Virus record (IMG/VR): IMGVR_UViG_3300028805_000028
Source of the DNA: a virus
Reading direction: 5' to 3' (one strand)
Length of the DNA: 31,107 bases
Made by a program: the position numbers and the translations under genes. Each line of letters opens with the position of its first letter. Positions within the stretch are counted from its first letter, which is position 1. The notes beneath the pieces were generated by a model, which worked only from the letters and a program-made list of their open reading frames with translations, was not told the origin of the DNA and did not search any database. Shown one piece after another: positions 6,441-13,133 of the stretch.

Positions 6441-6734
6441 TTACTCTCCAAGTTCCAGCAGCGGCATATACCACTCCGGAACATCCGCGAGCCGGTCGCC
6501 GTCGCGCCCGAAGATCAGCGCAATGCCGCCGATCGCCATGCCTGCGACTGCCGATGCGTTTTCGTTGAGCGGGTAGTTTTTGAGCCCAAATTCCAGGTCT
6601 ACGATCATCACGCCGCCGTCCGGGAGCGTGATCATGTCGATCTTTCCGCCGACCTCGTTTTGCAGCGTTTCCAGATCGTCCGCGTAGTCGTGGATCGTGA
6701 CGCTGTTCGGCTCGATCCTAATGCCTTTTACCAC
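6441..6734 (-). CDS. DUF3846-like protein
   Basis: VKGIRIEPNSVTIHDYADDLETLQNEVGGKIDMITLPDGGVMIVDLEFGLKNYPLN...IGGIALIFGRDG matches my memory of the DUF3846 pattern. GTG start with GGAAGGAGG. Confidence 0.65.
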   Translation of the reverse strand: MVKGIRIEPNSVTIHDYADDLETLQNEVGGKIDMITLPDGGVMIVDLEFGLKNYPLNENASAVAGMAIGGIALIFGRDGDRLADVPEWYMPLLELGE

Positions 6735-7459
6735 CTCTGTGCCTCCTTCCAGCCTTTCAGAGCTTTCAGGTCCCGTCGAAACTCCCGTATCTCTGCCTTG
6801 AGCTCCTCGATTCTCTGCTCGCGCATTTCGATTTCCATTTCCAAATCGTTCATATGCCCGATAACTGCCCGGCGCACAACCGGCGGAAGGCTCTCATTTT
6901 CCGCGATCGTGGATTTATTTTCTGCGCTTGCAGCAAAAGTGTCTTGATAAGTGTCCGAAGTGTCTTCTGACTCGTACTGATCGCACTTGACAGTGTCTTT
7001 TTTCGCATCCGCGATCATCTGATCGACGGCAGCGTCAAAGTCCTCGTTGATTTTGCCCGGCTTTGCAACTTTCTTCTCCGGCAATGTTTTCGGATTTTCT
7101 TGCGTTTCCGGCAAGTCTGCGGCCTGATCAGCTGCGAGCTCGGCCTTGAGCTTTTCCGCGTTGCAGACATTGGCCGCGCTCTGCGCTGCGCAGCCGACAG
7201 ACAGCGCGATGCTGTGATACGACTTCCCGCGGGCGCGCATTTCGAGGATCTTCGCTTTCTGCTCCTCGGTGAGCGGTTTGCCCATTATGCATTCCTTCTT
7301 TCTGATTTCATAGATTTCATCGGCGATGTGATCGGCGCGAAGATGCAGCCGGTGCGCAATCGCCTGCGGTGATTTTCCGGCAGCGAGCTGCTCCTTGATG
7401 TACTCCTGCGTAGGCGTCAGCACCTGCGGCAGCGGATCAATGCTGATCCAGTCGCTCAT
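6728..7459 (-). CDS. Hypothetical protein with HTH-like segments and C-terminal coiled coil (243 aa)
   Basis: GAGGTG SD 6 nt before ATG 7459. Segments GKSPQAIAHRLHL and RGKSYHSIALSVG. Confidence 0.6.
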   Translation of the reverse strand: MSDWISIDPLPQVLTPTQEYIKEQLAAGKSPQAIAHRLHLRADHIADEIYEIRKKECIMGKPLTEEQKAKILEMRARGKSYHSIALSVGCAAQSAANVCNAEKLKAELAADQAADLPETQENPKTLPEKKVAKPGKINEDFDAAVDQMIADAKKDTVKCDQYESEDTSDTYQDTFAASAENKSTIAENESLPPVVRRAVIGHMNDLEMEIEMREQRIEELKAEIREFRRDLKALKGWKEAQRW

Positions 7460-7469
7460 GTCTATCACC

Positions 7470-8090
7470 TCATAAACCTAGCTGGTCACAAGCCATATTA
7501 AAAGCGATTGCCCATAAGTATACGCGCCCGTCAATTTTTGCGCCGCAATGATAAAGAGATTCCCATGCATCAGGGTAAACATCCGTCGCAAGGCCATAAA
7601 GGCGATCTGTTGGCCGGAAATCCTTGTTGAAAATGCTTCTTTCAACTTCTTCTCGCAGCGCCTCTTTGAACTCGTCGAATGTATCAAAGCATGATGATTC
7701 AATGTATGTATCAATATTTTCTGAACGATCATCATCTACCCCGAAAAGCTCGTCTATCAAGGATTCGAGGACATCATCTTCATCATAAACAAGGCTGTCT
7801 GATGTACACTGAAACTTGCTCATGTAATACTGAATGTCTTTGAAAATGTAATCTTTCAGGTCACTGACTTTGATCGGGTTATGCCATGTTGCAATGCTTT
7901 CTCCGAGATCGCCGCTGACAATAAGGCTCCCGCGTTTTTTGTCAACGATGAAGTTGATATAATAGTCCCCGCTGCCATTCCGTTTTCTCCAGTCGATGAT
8001 TGTGAAACGGTCAGTGTCCTGTATCAGTGTAGCAACATGGTCTTGAAAATGTCTTTCCGCGTGTTTGTAGTAGTCATCCCATTCGCTCAC
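7470..8090 (-). CDS. Acidic hypothetical protein in a low-GC island (206 aa from GTG)
   Basis: GGAGG 8 nt before GTG 8090. Hand counts on 60-nt lines give about 32-45% GC, against about 65% in the neighbouring line 8101..8160. Confidence 0.6.
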   Translation of the reverse strand: MSEWDDYYKHAERHFQDHVATLIQDTDRFTIIDWRKRNGSGDYYINFIVDKKRGSLIVSGDLGESIATWHNPIKVSDLKDYIFKDIQYYMSKFQCTSDSLVYDEDDVLESLIDELFGVDDDRSENIDTYIESSCFDTFDEFKEALREEVERSIFNKDFRPTDRLYGLATDVYPDAWESLYHCGAKIDGRVYLWAIAFNMACDQLGL

Positions 8091-8322
8091 GGTGATCGCC
8101 TCCGTTCCGGATCCGTTCCCGGATGATCCTGTCTGTGTACTTCGCCTCGGCGAGCTGCTCCGCACGATCCTCCGCCCACTGTGCCATGCGTTCCCGCTCG
8201 GCGTGGAGATACTGCCGGTTCTGCCGCTGATCGTGAGCGCGTGCCAGAGAGAGGACGAGCGCATCGACGAGCAGCAGGATACTAAAGCCCGCCCATGCCG
8301 GCAGATCAGTCAGCAGTCTCAT
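8074..8322 (-). CDS. Small membrane protein (82 aa)
   Basis: N-terminal TM segment LPAWAGFSILLLVDALVLSLA. GGAGGAGGT SD. Confidence 0.55.
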   Translation of the reverse strand: MRLLTDLPAWAGFSILLLVDALVLSLARAHDQRQNRQYLHAERERMAQWAEDRAEQLAEAKYTDRIIRERIRNGGDHRERMG

Positions 8323-8554
8323 GTTCGGCGACCTCCTCCTCTTTCAACTTTTTCAGCCCTTCGCGATATCCCATTGCGATCGCTTCTTTCAGGATTTCCG
8401 CAGCTTCCCGCTGTACCGTCGGAGACAGATCTTTCAGCAGCGAAACGGTCAGCGCTTTTACGATGTTCGCAGCCTCCTCCGCGAGGACAACCCATGTTCC
8501 GCAGCTTTCGACCTTCAGCGGCGGGTGCTTTTTGTCACACTCGATCTTGATCAT
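8306..8554 (-). CDS. Hypothetical protein (82 aa from MIKIECDKK)
   Basis: GGGAGGTGAGG SD. ATGA overlap with the upstream gene. Confidence 0.6.
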   Translation of the reverse strand: MIKIECDKKHPPLKVESCGTWVVLAEEAANIVKALTVSLLKDLSPTVQREAAEILKEAIAMGYREGLKKLKEEEVAEHETAD

Positions 8555-8829
8555 GACCTCACCTCCCTTGCTATGAGTTTTTCGGCGTGCTCGATCGCGA
8601 GCGGCCGGAGCACTTCCGCCGCGTCGATGCCGAGCAGTGCAAAGTAGCGCCAGAGCCGCCAGAGCGGGATTTTCTCCGGCTCGCTGCTGTCGCCGCTGAC
8701 GGTGCAGACAGCAACGCCCGCCATTTTCGCAAGCGCCGCCTGCGTGATGCTCTGCCGCTGCATCTCCGCAGCGATCAGATCCCACATGATGCGGGAAGGC
8801 GTGCGCGCCCGTGTTGCCTTTTTCGGCAT
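8551..8829 (-). CDS. HTH DNA-binding protein (92 aa from MPKKATRA)
   Basis: ITQAALAKMAGVAVCTVS helix-turn-helix. AAGGAGGGG SD. Confidence 0.6.
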   Translation of the reverse strand: MPKKATRARTPSRIMWDLIAAEMQRQSITQAALAKMAGVAVCTVSGDSSEPEKIPLWRLWRYFALLGIDAAEVLRPLAIEHAEKLIAREVRS

Positions 8830-8842
8830 TGTGCTCCCCTCC

Positions 8843-9061
8843 TTACTGGCTGGCCTTCGGCGGCTCATCCCCCGCAAGCTGCTCGACCGTCATGCCAAGC
8901 ACCTTTGCGAGCCGGAGCGCGATCTCGATTTTGGGAGTCGCTTCGCCACGCTCATAAAGCCAGATAGTCGTCTGTGTGACGCCGATTTTCTTGGCTAATT
9001 CTTCCTGAGACATCAGGAGTTGCAGTCGTCTGTTTCTGAGGTTGTCGCGAAAGTTCCCCAT
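8843..9061 (-). CDS. Cro/XRE-family HTH regulator (72 aa)
   Basis: LLMSQEELAKKIGVTQTTIWLYERGEATP. Divergent from the repressor gene. It is the first gene of the minus-strand early operon. Confidence 0.88.
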   Translation of the reverse strand: MGNFRDNLRNRRLQLLMSQEELAKKIGVTQTTIWLYERGEATPKIEIALRLAKVLGMTVEQLAGDEPPKASQ

Positions 9062-9099
9062 TTTTCCACCTCCCTTGTGCCGATATTACAGAAAACTTG

Positions 9100-9128
9100 T
9101 TGACATTCTGTGCAAAATATGCTATAAT
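9100..9128 (+). promoter_or_regulatory. Consensus sigma-70 promoter toward the repressor gene (TTGACA-17-TATAAT with TGc extended -10)
   Basis: ttgaca 9100..9105, 17-nt spacer, tataat 9123..9128. Confidence 0.75.
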
Positions 9129-9216
9129 GAAGCTGTCAGGCAATCATATATAGCACATTTTGCATTGAATAAGAGGTCTACCGAAAGAAACCTTGCAGTT
9201 TCTTGGGTGTAAGTTG

Positions 9217-9245
9217 ATTATACTACAAGAAAACTAGAATGTCAA
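9217..9245 (-). promoter_or_regulatory. Consensus sigma-70 promoter toward the cro-like gene (TTGACA-17-TATAAT)
   Basis: Reverse complement of 9240..9245 is TTGACA and of 9217..9222 is TATAAT, with a 17-nt spacer. Confidence 0.75.
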
Positions 9246-9344
9246 GAGAAATTTTCAAGTTTTCTTGGATTTCGGCGGAACTTCCATTTTTCAACAGCGA
9301 ATTTTATAGAAAACTAATAGTTTTTGGAGGGAGGTCTGATTTTT

Positions 9345-9962
9345 GTGTTTTACGATGTGTTAAAGGCTCTTTGTGACGAAAAAGGCACGACACCTAACGC
9401 TGTATGTCTTCAGCTCGGATTTTCTCACGCGACAGCGTCATACTGGCGAAAATCAGGCGGCACGCCGAAGAGAGAAGCCCTTGAGAAATTCGCAGAGTTT
9501 TTCGGCGTATCCGTTGACTATCTGCTCGGCCGGCAGGAGCCGCCGAACGCGGAGCTGATGCCGGCCGGCAAGGTGCGCATGATACCGGTCTTTGAGAGCG
9601 TTTCCGCCGGTTTCGGAGCCGATGCGCAGAACCGGATCATCGACTACAGACCGACCGTGATCGAGTCCGATGCCGAGGCCGCCGAGACGATCTTCGTGCG
9701 CGTCTGCGGCGACTCCATGCATCCGCAGATCCAGGACGGCGACCTTGTGCAGGTGCACAAGCAGGAGACCGCCGAGACCGGTGACATCGTGGTCGTGCTC
9801 GACGGCACCGAGGCGTTTGTCAAGCGCTTTATCCACGGCAAAAACGGCGTCGTGCTGGAAAGCGCGAATCCCGCATACCCGCCGCGGAAGTACAGCCGCG
9901 AAGAGTCGAACGAGCTGCGGATCGTCGGCGTCGTGCGGTACATCGTCCGGAAGTGCGAGTGA
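9345..9962 (+). CDS. CI/LexA-type repressor: XRE HTH plus S24 autopeptidase
   Basis: N-terminal HTH (TPNAVCLQLGFSHATASYWRKSGG). S24 motifs CGDSMHP (Ser) and FVKRF (Lys). GTG 9345 is preceded by GGAGGGAGG. Confidence 0.9.
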   Translation: MFYDVLKALCDEKGTTPNAVCLQLGFSHATASYWRKSGGTPKREALEKFAEFFGVSVDYLLGRQEPPNAELMPAGKVRMIPVFESVSAGFGADAQNRIIDYRPTVIESDAEAAETIFVRVCGDSMHPQIQDGDLVQVHKQETAETGDIVVVLDGTEAFVKRFIHGKNGVVLESANPAYPPRKYSREESNELRIVGVVRYIVRKCE

Positions 9963-10726
9963 TGCGCCGGAAGCTGCACGCGCTGATCAGCTCCGGCTGG
10001 TACAGCGCCGGCATGGTGGTCTGCATCGTCGTGAGCATCGTGCCGCTCGCCTTCCGATCCGAGCCGGCTGCGTTTCGCGTGACCGAGGCGATCTGCACCG
10101 CCGTCTTTGTTTTTGACTATGTCGCGCGCTGGATCACCGCAGACCTCGACGATTCGGGCAGATATCCGTTTGCGCGGTATCCGTTCCGGCCGATGGCCGT
10201 GATCGACCTGGTCTCTATCCTGCCCTCGGTGACGGCGCTCGGCAGCGGTTTCCGGCTTTTTAAGGTTTTCCGGCTTGCGCGGTCGCTCCGGATTCTGCGG
10301 ACGCTGCGCGTGTTCCGGACGCTGAAGCTCGCACGGTACTCCCGCAGCATACAGATGATCGGCAGCGTCTTCCGGGAGCAGCGCGAGTCCCTGCTGACGG
10401 TGCTGATGCTGGCATTTGCTTATATACTGATCTCTGCGCTTGTCGTATACAATGTCGAGCCGGAGACCTTCGCGGATTTCTTCGAGGCGGTCTACTGGGC
10501 GACCGTCTCCCTCACTACTATGGGGTACGGCGATATCTACCCGGTGACAACGGTCGGGCGGCTTGTGACGATGCTGTCCTCGCTGCTCGGCATCGCGGTC
10601 GTCGCACTCCCCGCCGGCATCGTGACAGCCGGCTATATGGACGAGTTGAAAAAGGAGCGTGAAGAAAATGGCAAGAAAGACCCCGTTCTGGCGCCGCCAG
10701 AGACCGACGACGCGCGCAAAGCGTAA
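9962..10726 (+). CDS. Voltage-gated K+ channel homolog (6-TM Kv type, 254 aa)
   Basis: S4-like FRLFKVFRLARSLRILRTLRVFRTLKLARYSR with R/K at every third residue. Acidic residues in S2/S3 (FDYVARW, AVIDLVS). Pore helix plus filter YWATVSLTTMGYGD. The ATG overlaps the repressor TGA (TGATG). Confidence 0.9.
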   Translation: MRRKLHALISSGWYSAGMVVCIVVSIVPLAFRSEPAAFRVTEAICTAVFVFDYVARWITADLDDSGRYPFARYPFRPMAVIDLVSILPSVTALGSGFRLFKVFRLARSLRILRTLRVFRTLKLARYSRSIQMIGSVFREQRESLLTVLMLAFAYILISALVVYNVEPETFADFFEAVYWATVSLTTMGYGDIYPVTTVGRLVTMLSSLLGIAVVALPAGIVTAGYMDELKKEREENGKKDPVLAPPETDDARKA

Positions 10727-10865
10727 GATCGCAAAGATTACCGGCATCCCGACCACGCGGAGCGGCCGCAAAGCAAAGGTGCGCCGGTTGCTGCTGCCCG
10801 GCTGCGCGCTGCCCCTCGCTCTGATCGCGGCAGCGGCATCGGTCGCTGCGGCGATCATCCGCTAA
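10668..10865 (+). CDS. Small very basic protein with C-terminal hydrophobic helix (65 aa), tentative
   Basis: AAGGAG 10 nt before the ATG. Sequence MARKTPFWRRQRPTTRAKRKIAKITGIPTTRSGRKAKVRRLLLPGCALPLALIAAAASVAAAIIR. It overlaps the channel 3' end by 59 nt and fills the gap before int. Arg-rich alternative-frame ORFs are common in GC-rich DNA. Confidence 0.4.
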   Translation: MARKTPFWRRQRPTTRAKRKIAKITGIPTTRSGRKAKVRRLLLPGCALPLALIAAAASVAAAIIR

Positions 10866-10900
10866 AAAACGCGTTTTACTGCTAAAAAGGAGCTGATCGC

Positions 10901-11953
10901 ATGGCAAAAGCAAAGAAACTGCCGTCCGGCAGCTGGCGCGTCCTACAGTTTGTCGGTCTGGATGCCGACGGCAAGCGGCAGTATAAAAGCTTTACTGCTC
11001 CGACAAAGCGCGAGGCAGAATTTCTCGCGGCGGAGTTTGTCGCAAAGAAAAAGCGCCCCGCCGGGCGGATGACCGTCGGCGAGGCGATTGACAGATACAT
11101 CGAGAGCAAAGACGGCGTGCTGTCGCCGACGACCGTCTCCGGATACCGGAAGATCCGGCGGAACTACTTGCCCCAGCTCATGCCGGTGCAGCTCGACCGC
11201 CTGACCGAGGAAGAAGTGCAGCGCGCTGTGAACGATGACGCAAAGCGGCTAAGCGCAAAAACCGTGATTTCCGCCCACGGGCTCTTGACTGCGACGCTGC
11301 GGATGTTTGTGCCGGATCTCATCCTGCACACTCGGCTGCCGCGGAAAATCAAACCGCTGCGGCGCGATCTTCCGAGCAGCGAGGATGTGATGCGCGCCAT
11401 GCTCGGCGATGCGGCCGAGCTGCCGGTGCTCTTGGCTCTGTGCCTGTGCCTCCGGATGAGCGAGGTGCGCGGGATCCGGAAAAGTGCTGTCCGCGGAGAT
11501 ACGCTCGCGATTGAGCGCGTGATCGTCACGGCAGACGGCGAGCACATCGAAAAAGAGCTTGCGAAGACGGACGCGACGCGGCGCATCGAGCAGCTCCCGC
11601 CGTTTCTGCGCGATCTGATCCTCGCAGCGCCGACCGAGTATGCGACCACGCTGACCGGGCAGGCAATCTACAAGCGCTTTACGCGGCGCATGGCTGCGGC
11701 AGGCTTTCCGGGTGTGCGCTTCCACGATCTGCGGCACATATCGGCATCGGATATGCACGCGCAGGGCATCACGGACCGTGTCGCAGCGGAGCGCGGCGGT
11801 TGGTCCGGGACGCAGACGATGCGCGATGTGTATCAGCACAGCTTCGGCAGTGATCGCCAGCTCGCCGACCGTAAAATGATCGACTACTACAGCCAGATCC
11901 GGCGCGATGCAACACAAGATGCAACACAGAGTGCTGAAAATGCCGCAGAATAG
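10901..11953 (+). CDS. int: Tyrosine integrase with arm-binding-type N-terminus
   Basis: N-terminus LPSGSWRVLQFVGLDADGKRQYKSF. Catalytic motifs CLRMSEVRG, RFHDLRHISAS, GGWSG..MRDVYQH. Confidence 0.93.
   Translation: MAKAKKLPSGSWRVLQFVGLDADGKRQYKSFTAPTKREAEFLAAEFVAKKKRPAGRMTVGEAIDRYIESKDGVLSPTTVSGYRKIRRNYLPQLMPVQLDRLTEEEVQRAVNDDAKRLSAKTVISAHGLLTATLRMFVPDLILHTRLPRKIKPLRRDLPSSEDVMRAMLGDAAELPVLLALCLCLRMSEVRGIRKSAVRGDTLAIERVIVTADGEHIEKELAKTDATRRIEQLPPFLRDLILAAPTEYATTLTGQAIYKRFTRRMAAAGFPGVRFHDLRHISASDMHAQGITDRVAAERGGWSGTQTMRDVYQHSFGSDRQLADRKMIDYYSQIRRDATQDATQSAENAAE
11906..11928 (+). repeat. Tandem GATGCAACACA x2 (12-bp period), left arm-type site candidate
   Basis: Copies at 11906..11916 and 11918..11928, inside the int 3' end (encodes DATQDATQ). 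Confidence 0.6.
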
Positions 11954-11960
11954 CGGCACG

Positions 11961-11989
11961 GCGCGGGGTTCAATTCCCCTCGCCTCCAT
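11961..11989 (+). other. attP core candidate resembling the 3' end of a tRNA gene (T-arm plus acceptor strand)
   Basis: gcgcGGGGTTCAATTCCCCtcgcctcca lies 8 nt after the int stop. Only a 3' fragment is present, with no full cloverleaf. Confidence 0.6.
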
Positions 11990-11996
11990 AATCCAC

Positions 11997-12044
11997 AAAC
12001 CGCGCATTTATGCACTTTTCGCATAGATGCGCGGTTTTTCTTTG
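11997..12044 (+). terminator. Intrinsic terminator after int
   Basis: aaaccgcgcat-N19-atgcgcggttt followed by ttctttgttt. Confidence 0.7.
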
Positions 12045-12101
12045 TTTCCAGCCGCTTGAAATTTGGAAATTTCAGATATAAAATCGGACATTCCCGAAGT
12101 G

Positions 12102-12123
12102 AATGCAACATGAAATGCAACAC
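12102..12123 (+). repeat. Tandem AATGCAACA x2 (12-bp period), right arm-type site candidate
   Basis: Copies at 12102..12110 and 12114..12122. They share the ATGCAACA core with the left pair, in the same orientation. Confidence 0.6.
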
Positions 12124-12146
12124 GGCAGTTTTGTGCAAAATAGACA

Positions 12147-12232
12147 TTCTACAAACTCAATATTTATGCAATCATACAAAGTTTGAGTTTCTACAAACTT
12201 TTTGCCGTTTTGCTATTGACGTTCTACAAACT
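12147..12232 (+). repeat. Three direct copies of TTCTACAAACT
   Basis: Copies at 12147..12157, 12189..12199 and 12222..12232. The third lies in the promoter spacer. Confidence 0.8.
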
Positions 12233-12244
12233 CTATGCTATAAT
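12216..12244 (+). promoter_or_regulatory. Near-consensus sigma-70 promoter (TTGACG-17-TGcTATAAT) for the moron cassette
   Basis: ttgacg 12216..12221, 17-nt spacer, tataat 12239..12244. Confidence 0.7.
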
Positions 12245-12306
12245 ATAATCAAGGAAAGGGAAGGAAAACCCAAAGGAAACCCAAGAGAACTAACGGAGGT
12301 ATGAAA

Positions 12307-12609
12307 ATGGAACGGTATGAAGCACTGATGACTATGGACGACACTGTCGCGTACTCTATGATTGATCGTGATGGCGAAGAGATGTGGAAGGCCATCGAAG
12401 CCTTGAAAACGATGATGAACGATGCAGAGCCTGAAGACTATGAAACCGCATCGGAAGAGGACTGGACACGGTTTAACGCACTGGGAAAGGCTGTCGCACT
12501 CATGTACAAGGAGTATGAAAGCGCTGCAAAGTCTTACTGCGAAGAAGTCCGGAAAAGCGAAGGCTTCCGCGAGTATGCCGAAGCGCACAAGAATCTGTGG
12601 CTGAGCTGA
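12307..12609 (+). CDS. Acidic hypothetical protein (100 aa from second ATG)
   Basis: GGAGG 12295..12299 is 7 nt from ATG 12307. Confidence 0.6.
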   Translation: MERYEALMTMDDTVAYSMIDRDGEEMWKAIEALKTMMNDAEPEDYETASEEDWTRFNALGKAVALMYKEYESAAKSYCEEVRKSEGFREYAEAHKNLWLS

Positions 12610-12659
12610 TACAAAATGCCGAGCCGGGCGGCAAATCCCGGCAGAAAGTGGGGCTTAAC

Positions 12660-13094
12660 ATGAAAAAGATCATCAAAGGCAAGCTGTACGATACAGCGAC
12701 CGCAAAGCGTCTCGGTGAGTATGAGCCGAGCCCGTACACCTCAGATTTCCACTGGTACTGCGAAACGCTGTACCAGAAGAAGACCGGCGAATATTTCCTG
12801 TACGGCAAAGGGAATGCCGCATCGAAGTACAGCCGGAGCTGCGGACAGAACGAGTGGTGCGGCAGCGAGCAGATCCAGCCGCTGACATACGCCGAGGCGC
12901 AGTCGTGGGCGGAGGAGCATCTCGACGGCGAGGACTACTGCGAGATCTTCGGCGAGCCGGACGAGGACAGCGAAGATGTCGCGCTGAATCTGATGATCAG
13001 CGCCGCAGCATCCGCGAAGCTGAAGAAGTCAGCCGCACAGAACGGCATCTCGCTCCGTGCTCAGATCGAACGCTGGATCGCGGAGGGTAAGTGA
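12660..13094 (+). CDS. Hypothetical protein with C-terminal ribbon-helix-helix-like domain (144 aa)
   Basis: N-terminus MKKIIKGKLYDTATAKRLGEYEP...GEYFLYGKG; acidic linker EPDEDSEDV; then VALNLMISAAASAKLKKSAAQNGISLRAQIERWIAEG, which fits a strand-helix-helix pattern. Confidence 0.65.
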   Translation: MKKIIKGKLYDTATAKRLGEYEPSPYTSDFHWYCETLYQKKTGEYFLYGKGNAASKYSRSCGQNEWCGSEQIQPLTYAEAQSWAEEHLDGEDYCEIFGEPDEDSEDVALNLMISAAASAKLKKSAAQNGISLRAQIERWIAEGK

Positions 13095-13096
13095 TA

Positions 13097-13133
13097 ACAA
13101 AACCGGCAGAGCAAACGCCTTGCCGGTTTTTGT
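13097..13133. terminator. Bidirectional intrinsic terminator between convergent genes
   Basis: acaaaaccggca-N12-tgccggtttttgt with an A-tract before and a T-tract after. It overlaps the endolysin stop codon. Confidence 0.8.

Larger units (their letters stand above)
9090..9324. promoter_or_regulatory. Operator-like AGAAAAC(T) half-sites
   Basis: Single half-site agaaaact 9090..9097. Inverted pairs aagaaac/gtttctt 9185..9204, caagaaaact/agttttcttg 9226..9235 and 9258..9267, and agaaaacta/tagtttt 9308..9324. Confidence 0.6.

Noticed and set aside
10785-10805. Lipoprotein lipobox (LLLPGC) in the small basic ORF
   Set aside because: The Cys is preceded by a 40-aa highly basic region rather than a signal peptide with an n-region and h-region, and Pro at -2 is atypical.
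9644-10858. 404-aa minus-strand ORF across the lysogeny operon
   Set aside because: It is antisense to the repressor and K+ channel genes, both of which have unambiguous motifs. Its translation is Arg/His/Asp-rich junk-like sequence.
11961-11989. A tRNA gene after int
   Set aside because: Only a T-arm plus acceptor 3' strand is present. I could not fold D or anticodon arms from the upstream sequence, which is the int coding region. It is interpreted as the attP core copy of a host tRNA 3' end.
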